Source of the DNA: Octopus sinensis
Taxonomy: Eukaryota
Length of the DNA: 64,000 nt
Reading direction: 5' to 3'
Assembly (NCBI RefSeq): GCF_006345805.1
Contig: NC_043004.1
Coordinates: 32,364,001 to 32,428,000 of the forward strand
In this document: positions 48,800 through 61,506 of the stretch, in pieces
How the letters are laid out: every line of letters begins with the position of its first letter
How positions within the stretch are numbered: position 1 is the stretch's first letter
Made by a program: the position numbers and the translations under genes
Notes under the pieces: generated by a model
Seen by the model: only the letters and a program-made list of their open reading frames with translations
Databases searched by the model: none
What the model was told of the DNA's origin: nothing

Positions 48800-51700
48800 G
48801 TAATTATAAATGTTTTCAAAATTCAACAGTGATTTTTAAAATTAAAATTTCTAACCTTTTAATTATTATTGAACACGCGCCAGAACTGTATCCATGTCAG
48901 AGGCTCTCGTTGTTACAGCATACTTAATTACATAGATATTCCACATGAAAATATAAATCCCAAACAAGACAAATCATGAGCGAGGAAAGAATAAAACATC
49001 AATGGCTTTGTTACTCACTGAAGATTGTTTACTGGCCTATAGGAGATTATATAATAAAGGTTGTTGAATCTGCACATAAACAACGACGACCTCCGATACA
49101 AAATAGGGCATAACTACAGATTTCGTAAAGAATTCCACCCGTCCCCATTTTCTCCCTAATTTTACTCTCTCTTTTACTCTTACTTGTTTCAGTCATTTGA
49201 CTGCGGCCATGCTGGAGCACCGCCTTTAGTCGAGCAAATCGACCCCGGGACTTATTCTTTGTAAGCCCAGTACTTATTCTATCGGTCTCTTTTGCCGAAC
49301 CGCTAAGTGACAGGGACGTAAACACACCAGCATCGGTTGTCAAGCAAAGCTAGGGGGACAAACACAGACACACAAACATATACACACACTTATATATACA
49401 TATATACGATAGGCTTCTTTCAGTTTCCGTCTACCAAATCCACTCACAAGGCATTGGTCGGCCCGGGGCTATAGCAGAAGACACTTGCCCAAGATGCCAC
49501 GCAATGGGACTGAACCCGGAACCATGTGGTTGGTTAGCAAGCTACTTACCACACAGCCACTCCTGCGCATATTTGTTTACTTTTGTAATTTTTTTTTTGC
49601 CAAAAATCCCCGTTTTCGGATACGGAGGTTCCGGAAAATTGCCAAAAATCGGCATTGTGAAATTTATTCCCCTACCTTCTTCAATTTTGACTTTTCCCCC
49701 CGACATTAACCCCCAAACCCTTACCCCGCTAACCCTAATATACCGAAGGTTCGACTAACGGGCGATGCTTCGATATATGTATACACGTGACTTTGTTTAC
49801 ATTTCTGAAGATAACAGAAACCCTTTTCTTCCACCCCTAATACAAACCCTAACCCTCCATATATATAAAAAAAAAAACACTTTTTTGAAATGTATCCGGT
49901 ACTTATACCGGTCCATATACCGAAGGTTCGTCCCCGCCCTAACCTCAACAGCCAAATCTCACAAAACTGCGATAACATAATGAAAGAAATTCGTAATCTA
50001 TCTCCTCACCTTTCTGCAAAGATTTCTTTCAGAGTAATTTCCCGCAGTTTTGTGGCAAAGTAATTCACGCGAAATTAAAGTGTTTTTTTTTTTTAAACTT
50101 GTTTCGAATTTTATTTTTTCAATCAGTTTACGTGGGAAAATACGGAGATTAAGAATATGGAAAAAAATAAACAGAAATTCAAATTTTAATTTCAGATTTT
50201 TTATGGAAAACTCCCCCCCCCCTCGCCGACATCCCACTGTCTAAAAGTGAAAATGAACGGTTTTGTTTCTGCATGCGTTATAGTGAAACAGTAAAAGGAT
50301 CACGGCAGCGCCCGGTCACTAAAACGAAAAAAAAAAGGGTCTAATAGGTGTTCATAATGTTATTGCAGTTTTGTGACATTTGGCTGTTATTTCTAGCATG
50401 TGTATAGCCTGCTAAAGGCCAAGGCCGTAGAATTGGAAGGGGAGGGGATTGGGGGTATATATATATATATAGCAGAGATGTCCGGCGTTGCCCGTGTTAC
50501 AGACAATTGAAGAATTAGACTTTTCTGTTATATTTTCTGTAATGAACTGGAATACCTATGTTTCGAATTTCATAAAAATTGCAGATGAGGTTATTTCTCT
50601 CTTTACACACCCTAAAAAAATTGTAATCGTGCTACATGTATCCCATACTACTGATTTTTATGAGCATATTTCAAAATTCTAGTCTTATAGAACCTGTTAA
50701 AAGGATTTTGTTCCTGAAAAATGGAAGTCATGGAGCTCTAAAATGTGAGATTTAAGGCCCCTATTGGGGGTGGGTGTCTTAATGTCAACCAGAGAAGTTG
50801 AATTGTTGAGAATCTTTTTAACTTGGGTCTTATATCTATTGTTTGAATTTCTTTGAAATAGGAAATACATGTATGTTCACTGAGTTTGTAAAAGAGAGCA
50901 AAGCTACAGGAAACCAAAAGACGAATGATCACAATAAGCAGTCAGCTACCCTATCCTAGTCGTTACCACTCCCAATATAGGATTCCTCACCATCCAGGTG
51001 ACAGGCATGGCCGTAAGATGCATTATGGATCTATAGCAATTGGAAGGGCGTGACCCAACTGAAATAAACATTAACAACTGTGTGACATGAGGGCTAAGGA
51101 GAAATGAAAGTGTCACCACTTGAGTTTGCAAATGACCACTACTTATTTTTCCTGCCTTTAACCCTCCAATGCGGAGTATAGGCCACTTATAATTGAATTC
51201 CATGTCATATAATTTTTCGCTTCTGTACTTATACTCTGCCATGAATGTCCCCCTTTCTCTAGTTCCTTCTGTGTTGATCTACGCCATGAGTTCTTAGGCC
51301 TTCCTTTCTTTCTATAGCCATTTAAACATTAACCAAATAGAGATTACAAATCTTTAAGAATTTTTTTTTTCTTAATGAAACACTCAAATCCCCTTCTCCA
51401 ACCCTAGCCCATCACCTCCGAATGTTTTACTTTTAGCTTTTTTGAAAGTGAGGAGGTTTTTTCCCAGAAATAATGTCGTTTAGCTGTTGTTTCTAGCATG
51501 TCGGGATTTCTGGTGGTAATCTGATTTTTTTTTTGACACCTGCAATTTCAGTAGAATTCTAGACATGTTTGAAACATCAGATGAAAGCGAAACATTTTGA
51601 GCTTTAATTTTTTTGAAAGCAAGGAGGTGATGGGTGGGTTGGGAATGTGAGAGGAATTGAGTGTTTCTTAAAGAAAAATTAAAAGTTTAAAAAAAAATTT

Positions 51701-54700
51701 GGAAAAAAGTTAAAGATTAAGAAATTGGGGTGGTGGTGGTGGGGTGGGGATTAAAATTTTGAAAACGTGATTTTTGGGCAAAATCGTATTCTCCTACACC
51801 GAAAGCATAGGAATCTGAAAAAGTTTTAGAAAAAAGAATAAAACACTGCCAACTTGACCCCTCCCTGAAATTGCTGGTCTTGTGCCAAAATTTGAAACCA
51901 ACATTATTACAGCTGTTACTGTCACATTTACTAGTCTATTCACAGATTTGACACTCGGTTATCATTTACCATTGTAGTATTTGTGTAAAGCGCATCAATT
52001 CATACAGAACACTATAAGTGGTTAAAACTATAAATGTGGAGGCACATGGCCTAGTGGTTAGAGCAGCGGACTCGCAGTCGAGAGATAGCTGGTTCGAATC
52101 TCAGCCCGGGCAATGTGTGTGTTTATGAGCAAAACACCTAAGCTCCACATGTCTCCAGCAGAAGGTAATGGGAACTTCTGCTGAGTCTTTCGCCACAACC
52201 TTCTCTCACTCTTTCCTCCTGCATCTTGCAGCTCACCTGCGATGGCCCGGCGTCCCGTCCAGGTGGGGAACCTATACGCCAAGGAAACCGGGAAACTGGC
52301 CCTTATGAGCCAGGCGTGGCTTGAGAAGGAACAAACAAGTTAACACTATAAATGATTGCCTCTCAGGTCGACATGCATCTTCAGTAATCAGTTTTCATGT
52401 CAGAAAACAGACCAAATGTTTTGACTTCTGTAGGAAATCCATCCGTCTATCTTCGTACATACGTTATCACCCCATTGGCGGTCTTCCTACTTGCCTCTTT
52501 GTTCTCACTGATGCTTTCTTTGAGAGCACTGGTTGTTGTTTGCTAATGCCTATATTACAAAAGTCATATGCAGAAAATAATGGTGTCAGAGATATCAGCA
52601 CTACACACACACAATATGGTATTAAAGATCTATTTCTGCTGATTTTACCAATCAGTTTCATACACAAGAATCTGATAAAACCCATCTCGGCAGTCATCAG
52701 AAGGGGTTGTCTGAAAAGTATGGTGATGCTTCTTTGCCACTGGCGATTAGGAAGTGTCACATCTAGAAACCTTTGCTTGTTAGAGTTATGTCCCTTGGAT
52801 AGGAATCCGACAGTGTCTTCACGATGTATGAAGTAAAATAACTGTAGAGTAGTAGTGTGGATGGCAGAAGGGTCAGTCTTAAAATTACTCGTGGACATGT
52901 ACGTGTGTGTGTGTGTTTGTGATAAGCTTGGTGTGGTAAACCTTATACCAAACCCTCAAATCATGAAGTTGGAAGCTCTAATGTTTATATTTATGCTGCA
53001 ATCAGCCTGTATCCAACTACATATCTGCACTCATGAGGGCAAGATTGGAAAAAAATTGCTTGTTTTTACAGTTTAGGTAGGTATTCAGGTGAAGAGAGTT
53101 GCTAAACAGAATTCTTTTTGTCTGTCAATAACCTCTTATTGCTATTGAAGTAAGATTTGCATCTTCCCAGTGCTCTTTATTTGATGCTGTATTCTACAGT
53201 GTTGTCTTTCAGTGACCATATCTTTAAGAATTTTTTTTTTCTTAATGAAACACTCAAATCCCTTTCTCCAACCCTTGCGCATCACCTCCGAATGTTTTAC
53301 TTTTAGCTTTTTTGAAAGTGGTGAAGTTTTTCCAGAAATAATGTGGTTTAGCTGTTGTTTCTAGCATGTCAGGATTTCTGGTGGTAATCTTTGCTAGGAC
53401 TTTGTTTCACCTCTCCTAAATAGTAAATTTGTTAAATTTGGTCCTTAAGGGACTTTCTGTAGTGCCCATATATTTCCCATATATTTCCACACATCTGTAG
53501 TGCCCATATACTTCCCATATATTTCCACACATCTGTAGTGCCCATATATTTCCCATATATTTCCACACATCTGTAGTGCCCATATATTTCCACATATATT
53601 TCCCATATATTTCCACACATCTGTCTGCCTGCTTGGATACCTTGTAGTCACCCCCAACTCATACAACAGTCTCTATTGCAGTGGCCATTTAGTGTTCATG
53701 AGGTTGCCTCTGAAAGAGCATCTTATCCTTGTTTCAGGTAGACAGACCTATCTACTAAGATTTTCTTTATAATAGATAAACAGCTACAAGTAAGGTATGC
53801 GTTTAGGGAGAAGTGTTTATGACTGAACTAAGAAAGACCCTACCTATACAAGTGGAAGTGGTGAACCGCAAAACTTACTGATGGTGTTTTTCCTTACTGA
53901 CAGTAGATCAATTGTGTAACTAATCTTATTCTTAAATCTGCTGGCAGCCAGGGTAGGGTGTCATTGTAATAAGGAGCTGTGGTGTTGAAAATATTTTTAC
54001 TTGAAGACAGGTTAGAGATTCTTCTGCTGACTGCCTGAACACCATGGCTGAATGACAGGAAGCTGTATTAATATGTGTCTCTCATTTGGTTTCCTATAAG
54101 GCTTATAAGCACTAGTGACTAAGTTTAAGGTCACATCAAGGAAATCAGCTGCCTGAAGGTGGCTGATTTCCTTGAAAATTCAAGGCATAGGTTAAGTTTT
54201 TCCTGAGCCTATCAGGTGGATAGCCATTCAACCTTAGCTATGTGTTCCCTTTTTAGCAAACACCTGTCATATTTTAGCCTTTCAACAACGAGCATAACCT
54301 AACTCTCATTCTCTCAAATACACTTCCACTCAGTTGAGTAGGTGTTTTTCTTTTCTTTTCTTTTTTTTTTGCTAGTTACTTGGCAATCTCACTAATACTC
54401 GTGTCACAAAAAATAATCACCCAGTGGTTGACACTAGGAGGGCCATCCAGCTATAGAAACCATGTCAGAGCTAACATTGGGGCTCAGTGCCCAACCTACA
54501 GCAGCATGGAAAACAGACATTCCATGATGATGATGAGATTATATATGTATTCTATGTGCCATCTACACTTATGGTCACGAATGCTTGGCAATGACCAAAA
54601 GAATATGATTGTGAATGCAAGCAGCCAATATGGAGTTCAGCAAAAGGATCTCTGGGGTAACCTTACTTGACGTTGTGTAGCTCAGAGATCAGAGAGTCTT

Positions 54701-54944
54701 TCTAAGTCAAGGTGCTACTTCTCTGCGTTGAGAGGTCACAGCTTCAGTGCTATGGACTTGTGATTAGCATGCCACAGAAAAGAATTGTAAGATGGTTTCT
54801 TCAAATGGAGCACACTGGCAGGAGACCTAGAAGTAGATCAATGACATGGTGGGAATTCAGCTGGAATATGATGGTTGCTTCTGATATGACACTGTGTAGG
54901 AGACTTGACCCTCCCAGGAATTATGAGCAGAGAGAATATGAAAA

Positions 54945-54976
<32 letters not shown>

Positions 54977-55808
54977 AATACAAAATGGGACAAGAACGCA
55001 AAACATCCAGACAGTTAACTGATACAAAAAAAGGGACAACAAAACATCCAGATAGACGATGCAAAGAAAACAAGGACAGGTCATTCGGAGTTTTCTTTCC
55101 TCAGTCAAGTTCCAGATTATCTTTGCAATTTCAGCTGGTTATACTCGAGATTGCTCCAATCTGGCCAGCCCCAAGGAAAAACTAAGCTAAGAGCATTAGA
55201 TTCCTTGGAAGAAAGCAGGGAATGTATACAAAAACAAGGACAGAAAATAAAAACCGGAAAATGTTACATAAATACAAATAACAGGACATAACAACAGGTG
55301 TCTTTCAACTAAGGATGAATTAAATTAAGCTGGTGTGTGTGGAAATAAAGCCTTATGGCAGGGATATAGGATTTCACAGGCACAGAGAGGAATACAGATG
55401 TTGCACAGATGGCGGCCGAACCGAGAAAGAAAGGTCACGTGGAGAGAGAAGAGAGAGAGGAAGAGGCAGAAGGACAGAAGAATTAAGGAGGGGCAAGAAA
55501 AAATGACAGGGACACAGTGAAGTGAAAAGAGGAGGGAAAGTGAGCATGAAGAGAAGGCAAGGAAATGTGAGAGAGGGGAAACGAAAGAACGAAGTAAGCA
55601 TGAAAGGGCTGATAGAGAGAATAAAAGAAAGAAGAGTCATACAAGATTTAGATAAATATATACTTACATATGAGAGACCAAAGTGTACGTACTATATATA
55701 TATATGTATATATATATATATAAATACAAAATCGGGCAAGAACATGAAACAACCAGACAATATATAAATATATATATATATATATACACACACATACATA
55801 CACAAAGT

Positions 55809-55852
<44 letters not shown>

Positions 55853-58800
55853 CTTTTAAAACTTACTTGGGAAAGGATGTGTGGCGTTCGATCATATAAT
55901 AACATAAATAATATATAAACATATGCATATATACATACATATATGTACATACCTACATCTATATATATATATATATACATGCATATATGGGTACAGGACA
56001 CCAAAAAAATGTCGAACACAATGAGAAACGAAAACATAAAAACAAGAAAATGGAAACGGACTTTTTCAAACAACGAAAAAACGGAGTACAAGACATACAA
56101 CACAAGGAATATTCCCCTTCTTCAGTTGTCCCTGTTGAAATTAAATAAAATTTGGGATTTTTTGCGTTCAATAATAATTTTCCCATCGTCTTGGCTTAAC
56201 AGCCCTCATTGTTTGTTTTTACTGTGTTATTCTCCTTGTCCTGTCTTTTACTGTTTTTATTTGTATTGTTTTTGCTGTCTTGTTTTGTTTTTACTGTCCT
56301 GTTCTTGTTACCACTTTTACCCCTCCGCAAAAAATCCCAAATTTTATTTGCTTTGCTTTGCGGGAAGGACTATTTTAACGAAGTCGCGTCTTGTCCTTAC
56401 CTTCGAAACGTGGAGTAGACGAAACGGGGACAACTGAAGAAGGGAAATATTCCTTGTGTTGTATGTCTTGTACTCTGTTTTTTCACAAATATATAAAAAT
56501 TCCAAACTATCTATGCCTAAAATGTCCTTTTAGTGACTCAGTACTTTCTTCTCTATTCAATAGGTTTATGGATTAACTTCAAAGGATTTGGAATTCTCTA
56601 CTCCCACAAACTCACTCCAGTATTACTGTACAGATGTTAAAAAGTCAGTAAATTCTGATAAATATTTATTGTTTGGTTAAAAACAAATTTATATTCTTAA
56701 GAAAAAAAGGACCTAGAGTATTAAATTAGAATATATAAGGTTTATCTATTTATTTATCTTTCATCTTTTATTCATTTCACTTTGAGATTTTAGTCAAAGG
56801 AACCAACCCCAGGACTTTTTTCTAAGCCTGGTACGTTTTCTATCAGTCTCTGTTGAACTGCTAAGTCATGGGGACGTAAACACACCTACACTACAAAATA
56901 CTATAATTTAATCTATATACATTAAATTATTTATTTATTTATTTAATAAACATCTAAGTTAAATCTTATTCTAATTAAGTGATATATACTAAAAAAACTT
57001 CATGCTAACTTATATACATAATACTATGTATGACTACAAGAATTTAAAATAGAAAAATGGTTCAAATATATACACACCAGTTAGTTAAACTTACTATAAA
57101 ATTAATTTATATATAGTACTACAAATATATACTACTACAAACTTCATTTTTTTCTCTAGTCTTTGCAAATCTTCAGCATTCTGGGCGCATGGCTTGCTGC
57201 CATACAGCATTGCAGTGCTAATTTGAGAATCATACAATCTTCCTTTCTATCTGAAGGAAGAGACCTTTATTGCCAACAGTGTTAATAGCTCCCTGAACTT
57301 TTTCTGAGCAACTACCTCCTCTGCTAATTATGTCTCCTAACAAAAGTTATTGACTAATCCTAGTGAGCCATCTGGGCATTTTTGGTGTACCCTTAGTACG
57401 TACTGCTATAGTGCACCTGGCATATACATATCTTACTTTCTCTGTTAGTCTGCCTGTAATGTCCATAGTTTATATTGGATATTGTGTATGTAATTTATAT
57501 CTATGCTTTTTGTGCATACTAAGCAAGGACATTTCCTTGATGATAGGGAAGTCTTGTCTTCTTTCTTGCTTGCTAAAACAGAAAGTAGGAAAGTCTTTGC
57601 TAAATCTTCCTAGAAGCCTCTCAATTTTAGATTTAGCTTCCATGGCTGGAATTTCCTCCTTAATTCACTGGATGTGCAATGTCAGTGTGCATGTACAACA
57701 GAGTGTAAGCATCTTGAGAGAAAAAGTTAGGCATAAGAGGCGTCAGATGTGATGTGCAAGAGAGACGACTGCATTGGTATGATAACTGTGTAAAGAAATG
57801 CTAATCTCTAGCTGTAGATGGAACCTGTGAAAGAGGTAGACCCAGGAATTCATGAGACAAGGTGGTGAAGCATGATCTTTGAATGTTGGGGCCTCACGGA
57901 AGCAATGACGAGTGACAATATGCTGTGCTTGAGAAGTCCCATCAAGCCAAGTGAAATCATAGTCATGGCCAGTGGTGGTGTCATATAACTGGCACCTGTG
58001 CTGGGGACATGTACAAAGCAGCCATTACACTTTTTGGAGTGGTTGGCTTAGAAAGGGCATCCAGCCATAGAAACTGTACCAAATCAGAGTGGAACCTGGT
58101 GTGGCCCTATAGATTACCAATTTCAATCAACCCATCTAACCCATGCCAGCATGGGAAGCAGATGCTAAATGATAATGATCATTATAAATTCTGCCACTGG
58201 CCACTTTAAGTTATTTCTCTTAATTCATTTTTGTTTAAATTATACAAACTACTTCATCATCATCATCATTTAACGTTTGTTGTCTATGCTGGCATGGGTT
58301 TGACAGTTTGATCAGGGCTGGTAAGCTGAGAAGCTGTACCAGACTCCAGTCTGATTTGGCATGGTTTTCTATGGCCCGATGCCCTTCCTAACACCAACAA
58401 CTCCGAGAGTGTAATGAGTGCTTTTATGTGCCACCTGCACAGGTGCCATTTGCGTGACACAGGTATCTTCCACAGCTGTAATTTTCCTCAGCTTGATGGG
58501 TCTTCTTCTCAAATACATCAAAATGCCAAAGGTCTTGGTCATTGCCTCCAGACAATTGTCATACTGATGACGACTTTTTAGCCAGAAGCACATGTCCACA
58601 ACTATCCACTTATCTCTAGACAATAAGCCTTTCCTTTTACTCAATGGCATGTCAATTTCATAAAATTCTTAATTCTTTAGATTATCTCCCCTCCCTAAGT
58701 AAAGTTGATCTTAATTTAATTATAATGCATCCTTTAGTGGCAGAGATAATTTTAATAAATGAAGAATTTATGTTGCATGATATTTGATGTCCCAGTATTT

Positions 58801-61313
58801 TTCATCAGCATTTAAGAGTTGTCAAGAACGGCCAGCCTTAAACTCCTCAGTGATAGCCTGTAGGACTATGGTGAATAGAAAAGGGCTGGGACTTGAACCT
58901 TGATGGACTTCTACCTTTGTAATAAATTTGTCACTGAAATAATTGTTGGCTCTTACTTTAGGAAACTTTACTGGAAAGAGTGACATGTGACTTTCAGGCT
59001 TTGGTGAAGCATGACCTTCAAACATTGGGCCTTACCGAGGCAATGACTAGTGACCGAGATATGCTGTGCTTGAGAAGACCCGACAAGCCAAGTGAGACGA
59101 TAACCTGTGGCCTATGCTAGTGGAACCTATGCAAGTGAGACCATAACCCATGGCCTATGCTTATGAGTACCTCTCATTCATTGGACAATAAACTTTGCTT
59201 GCGAAGACCTATTGAGGCAAATGAAATCAAAATTGCTGATGTGGCTGATGACAGTACCATCTGATTGGCACTCATGCCAGTGGAACGTTAAAAGCACCAT
59301 CTGAGCATGATTGTTGCTAGGGCCGCTGATTGGCTCCTGTGCCGGTGGCACATAAAAAGCACCATTTGAGCGTGATCGTTGCCAGCGTTGCCTTACTAGC
59401 ACATGTGCCAGTGACATGTGAATAACTACATTTGAGTGTGGTTGTTGCCAGTGCCACCAGACTGGCTCCTGTGCAGGTAGTACGTAAAAAACACCTTTTG
59501 AGCATGGTCGTTGCCAGTGCCAGAACCGTCTGACTGGCCCTCATGCCGGTGGCATATAAAAGCATCCACTACACTCTCGGAGTGGTTGGCGTTAGGGAGG
59601 GCATTCAGCAGTAGAAACTTTGCCAGATCAGATTGGAGCCTGGTGCAGCCTCCTGGCTTCCCAGACCCCAGTCAAACCATCCAAGCCATGCCAGCATAGA
59701 AAGCGGACGTTAAACGGTGATGATGATGATGACTTTTTACACTGGTTTTGTATTTAAATTCAATGTTGCTTGAGATCTTCTAGTTCACCCCTGGTTCTAC
59801 AGTACAAACTTCATGTTTTAACCCCTTTGTTATCATATTCTGTTGAAATACACAGTCTTTGTTTCAATTAATTTTAAAAATAATGAAGAATACAGTAAAT
59901 TATTTATGTTATTAAGCTGGCGTTTTGAACATAAATCAATATGGAATTCTGAGGGAAACTTTAATTTAGATCACTTTAAGACAAGAAGTTTGTATTCTAG
60001 AACTAAGGAAGGTGTCAGGCGAATTCTTATTGAAATGTTAAAGTGATTTAAATTGAAACCTTCAACATTTTTTGTTGGCTTATGTTCCAAATACTTGATA
60101 AAATAATGACAAAGCTACTTTATTAAATTCTTCATTGTTTTCAAGACTAATTTAAATATAGGCTGTGTCTTTCAACAGAAATATAGTAACAAAAGGGATT
60201 AAGATGGTAGGGTGAGATTCGAAAACGATTTGGTTGCTATTTCTAGTAGCTTCAATTCCATATAGACACTTCCTTATTGGTTGTATATGTGAGCTAGTGT
60301 TAGCTATGTTTCCAGCAAATGAGTTTTTAGGTCCCTTTATTGAATGTACCTTACTTATTATTAACAATTCAGAGGAGGTCATTGCTGATACAGGATGTAT
60401 GTAGTTTTTAGGGCACAAACAATAATCACTTGAAATTCAAAGATTAAGAAATGTGTTAAATTCTGAAGTAGTTTCTTGTTTTTCTACTTATTGTCTCTGA
60501 AGAAGACTAATAGTCTTCATGATTTTTGTTAGCTTTACAGAAGCTGAAAGATCAAGATAATTGGGGTAGGATTAAATTGATCCTTGTTCAATTGGAATTG
60601 TTTCAAGTTAGTAGCAAAGAGTAATTGTGGAAAGGAAGGAAGGTTTGTATAAAGTATTGAATAAGTACTCTGAAAGTAATAAAGTCAGTAACACTGACTC
60701 ACATAATACGATTAATTGTAGAGCTTCAGCATCATGTTGATTAACATAATTAGAGAGATAAAGACTAACTGTCAGAAGAACAGGGGCCTCAATTGTGGCA
60801 CAAAAGATGCAGTAAGACACTTCTCACAGTTTCATAGTTGTCATTAGTGTATTTAGATGACAGTCACTTTCTGAAATAGTAATGAATATGAAACTTTAGA
60901 TACCTAGTATTTACAATAAACAAAAATTTGCAATGATTTTTTTCCCTCATCATTTAGCCTTCATAGTTAAGGATGGGTCTTGAGCAAATATAGTTTACTT
61001 ACAGTATGGCTATAGTCAAATAGCTGAAACTAGAAGGTATGTATGTTGAAAGTTGTAATTTGAAACTTGGAGATCTCTCAGAATTTTAATTGATCAGTTC
61101 ATTTTTAACCAACTTGTTTGATGTAATTGTCATATGTTAGAAGATGAAGTAGTAAAGTGGATGTACCTTTGCTTCTGTTTTTTTTTCTAAAGTGGATTAA
61201 ATGCAAATGAATACGACAGAATTGCTGAAGAAACATTGGAATCTTTACTGGAGTCAGTTGAAAGTTTTGAAGATATAGATAACTGTCCGGAAGGATTTGA
61301 CGTCTCTTATTCT
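48704..61313 (+). CDS. FXN: Frataxin, mitochondrial: gene span of first three coding exons (3' exons not found in window)
   Basis: Exons 48704-48799 (phase 0), 56564-56643 (phase 2) and 61193-61313 join in frame; YDRIAEETLESL...FDVSYS matches frataxin helix 1 and strand 1. Confidence 0.9.
49165..49570 (-). mobile_element. Family A SINE, near-intact, FXN intron 1
   Basis: Box A tggctgtgtgg, box B ggttcagtccc, CORE-like ttgggcaag; CpGs retained. Confidence 0.85.
51345..53390. repeat. About 185-bp dispersed direct duplication (51345-51530 and 53215-53390) with an inverted partial copy near 51600-51720
   Basis: tctttaagaatttttttttcttaatgaaacactcaaatccc...ggatttctggtggtaatct occurs twice. Confidence 0.75.
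52037..52345 (+). mobile_element. SINE with family F-like head and V-domain-like tail
   Basis: Box A tggcctagtgg, box B ggttcgaatc; tail cctgcgatggcccggcgtcccgtccagg...gaaaccggga. Confidence 0.75.
53457..53624. repeat. 38-bp minisatellite (4 units) built of 11-bp cccatatattt subunits
   Basis: Unit starts at 53457, 53495, 53533 and 53571. Confidence 0.92.
54700..54900 (+). mobile_element. Degenerate RTE LINE 3' fragment
   Basis: ERSQLQCYGLV.SMP.KRI...GRRPRSR; a similar fragment lies at 62730-62950. Confidence 0.65.
55985..56500. mobile_element. Penelope-like terminal-repeat remnant in inverted arrangement
   Basis: 56070-56139 is the reverse complement of 56422-56485; 56146-56166 pairs with 56325-56348; (TA)n flank. 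Family assignment is inference. Confidence 0.45.
56564..56643 (+). CDS. FXN: FXN exon 2: VYGLTSKDLEFSTPTNSLQYYCTDVK(N)
   Basis: Acceptor tttcttctctattcaatag, donor aa|gtcagt; the only candidate found that bridges phase 0 to phase 2. Confidence 0.7.
57130..57700 (-). mobile_element. Degenerate RTE-like LINE ORF fragment (a related RT piece lies at 58800-58990)
   Basis: KFRELL.LL...KGRLYD....TAMLYGS; QGSSPSPFLFTIVLQAITEEF. Confidence 0.7.
57860..58560. mobile_element. Tail-to-tail inverted pair of family B copies (57860-58185 +; 58253-58560 -)
   Basis: Consensus matches on opposite strands, about 70 bp apart. Confidence 0.75.
59000..59732 (+). mobile_element. Long family B copy with about 5 internal subrepeats
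   Basis: Repeated gtggcac.taaaa.gcacc...gttgccag units, then the conserved 3' part and (GAT)n. Confidence 0.85.
61193..61313 (+). CDS. FXN: FXN exon 3: GLNANEYDRIAEETLESLLESVESFEDIDNCPEGFDVSYS
   Basis: Acceptor tttttttctaaag, donor gtgagt; 121 nt, phase 2 to 0; acidic ridge of the frataxin fold. Confidence 0.95.
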
Positions 61314-61506
61314 GTGAGTAAAGTGATGCTTCTCCTCAGCCTTCTTTTTCCTTGCAAGAGTACAATATAATTTATAGCTGCTTTATTAGCCTGCCATGCT
61401 GAATTCAAGTTTTTTTCATATGTATAACTTTGAGTTAGATGAACTGACTTGCTTTATGTGTGATGCTACAGAACTATACAAATTATTATATCTTATGTAA
61501 GTATAT

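Noticed and set aside
49700-49950. CCCTAA telomere-like hexamers (also inside the foldback at 29600-29630)
   Set aside because: Scattered and degenerate, within transposon-like DNA; not an interstitial telomere array
49998-50330. CpG-rich minus-strand ORF with gtgagg donor as a possible extra gene
   Set aside because: Low-complexity AT runs, no recognisable protein, and no downstream exons found; probably repeat-derived
52037-52110. tRNA-like sequences with A/B boxes (also near 4690, 19190, 44340 and 49560)
   Set aside because: They run into SINE bodies and lack a proper acceptor stem, so they are SINE heads rather than tRNA genes
52321-52836. 171-aa ORF / acceptor near 52435 as FXN exon 2
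   Set aside because: The phase-0 reading hits a stop and the open frame has the wrong phases; the opposite strand looks like decayed retroelement sequence
53457-53624. CRISPR-like periodicity (also the 42-bp repeat at 32266 and the 41-bp repeat at 16237)
   Set aside because: Head-to-tail repeats without unique spacers, eukaryotic context, and no cas genes
55060-55110. CTGAGGA...CGAAT GAC CT GTC on - strand, hammerhead-like
   Set aside because: GAAA core is altered and helix I does not pair; at best a decayed remnant
56390-56455. Hammerhead-like pieces (GAAAC...CTGAAGA) in the Penelope-like repeat
   Set aside because: No NUH cleavage triplet after helix III and no helix I in any permutation I could fold
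48800-56563. Search for a GAA triplet tract in FXN intron 1
   Set aside because: Only an irregular purine-rich patch (55420-55640); no (GAA)n array
57140-57290. Acceptor-like tttctctag followed by an open frame in FXN intron 2
   Set aside because: It is the reverse strand of an RTE ORF fragment and has no convincing donor
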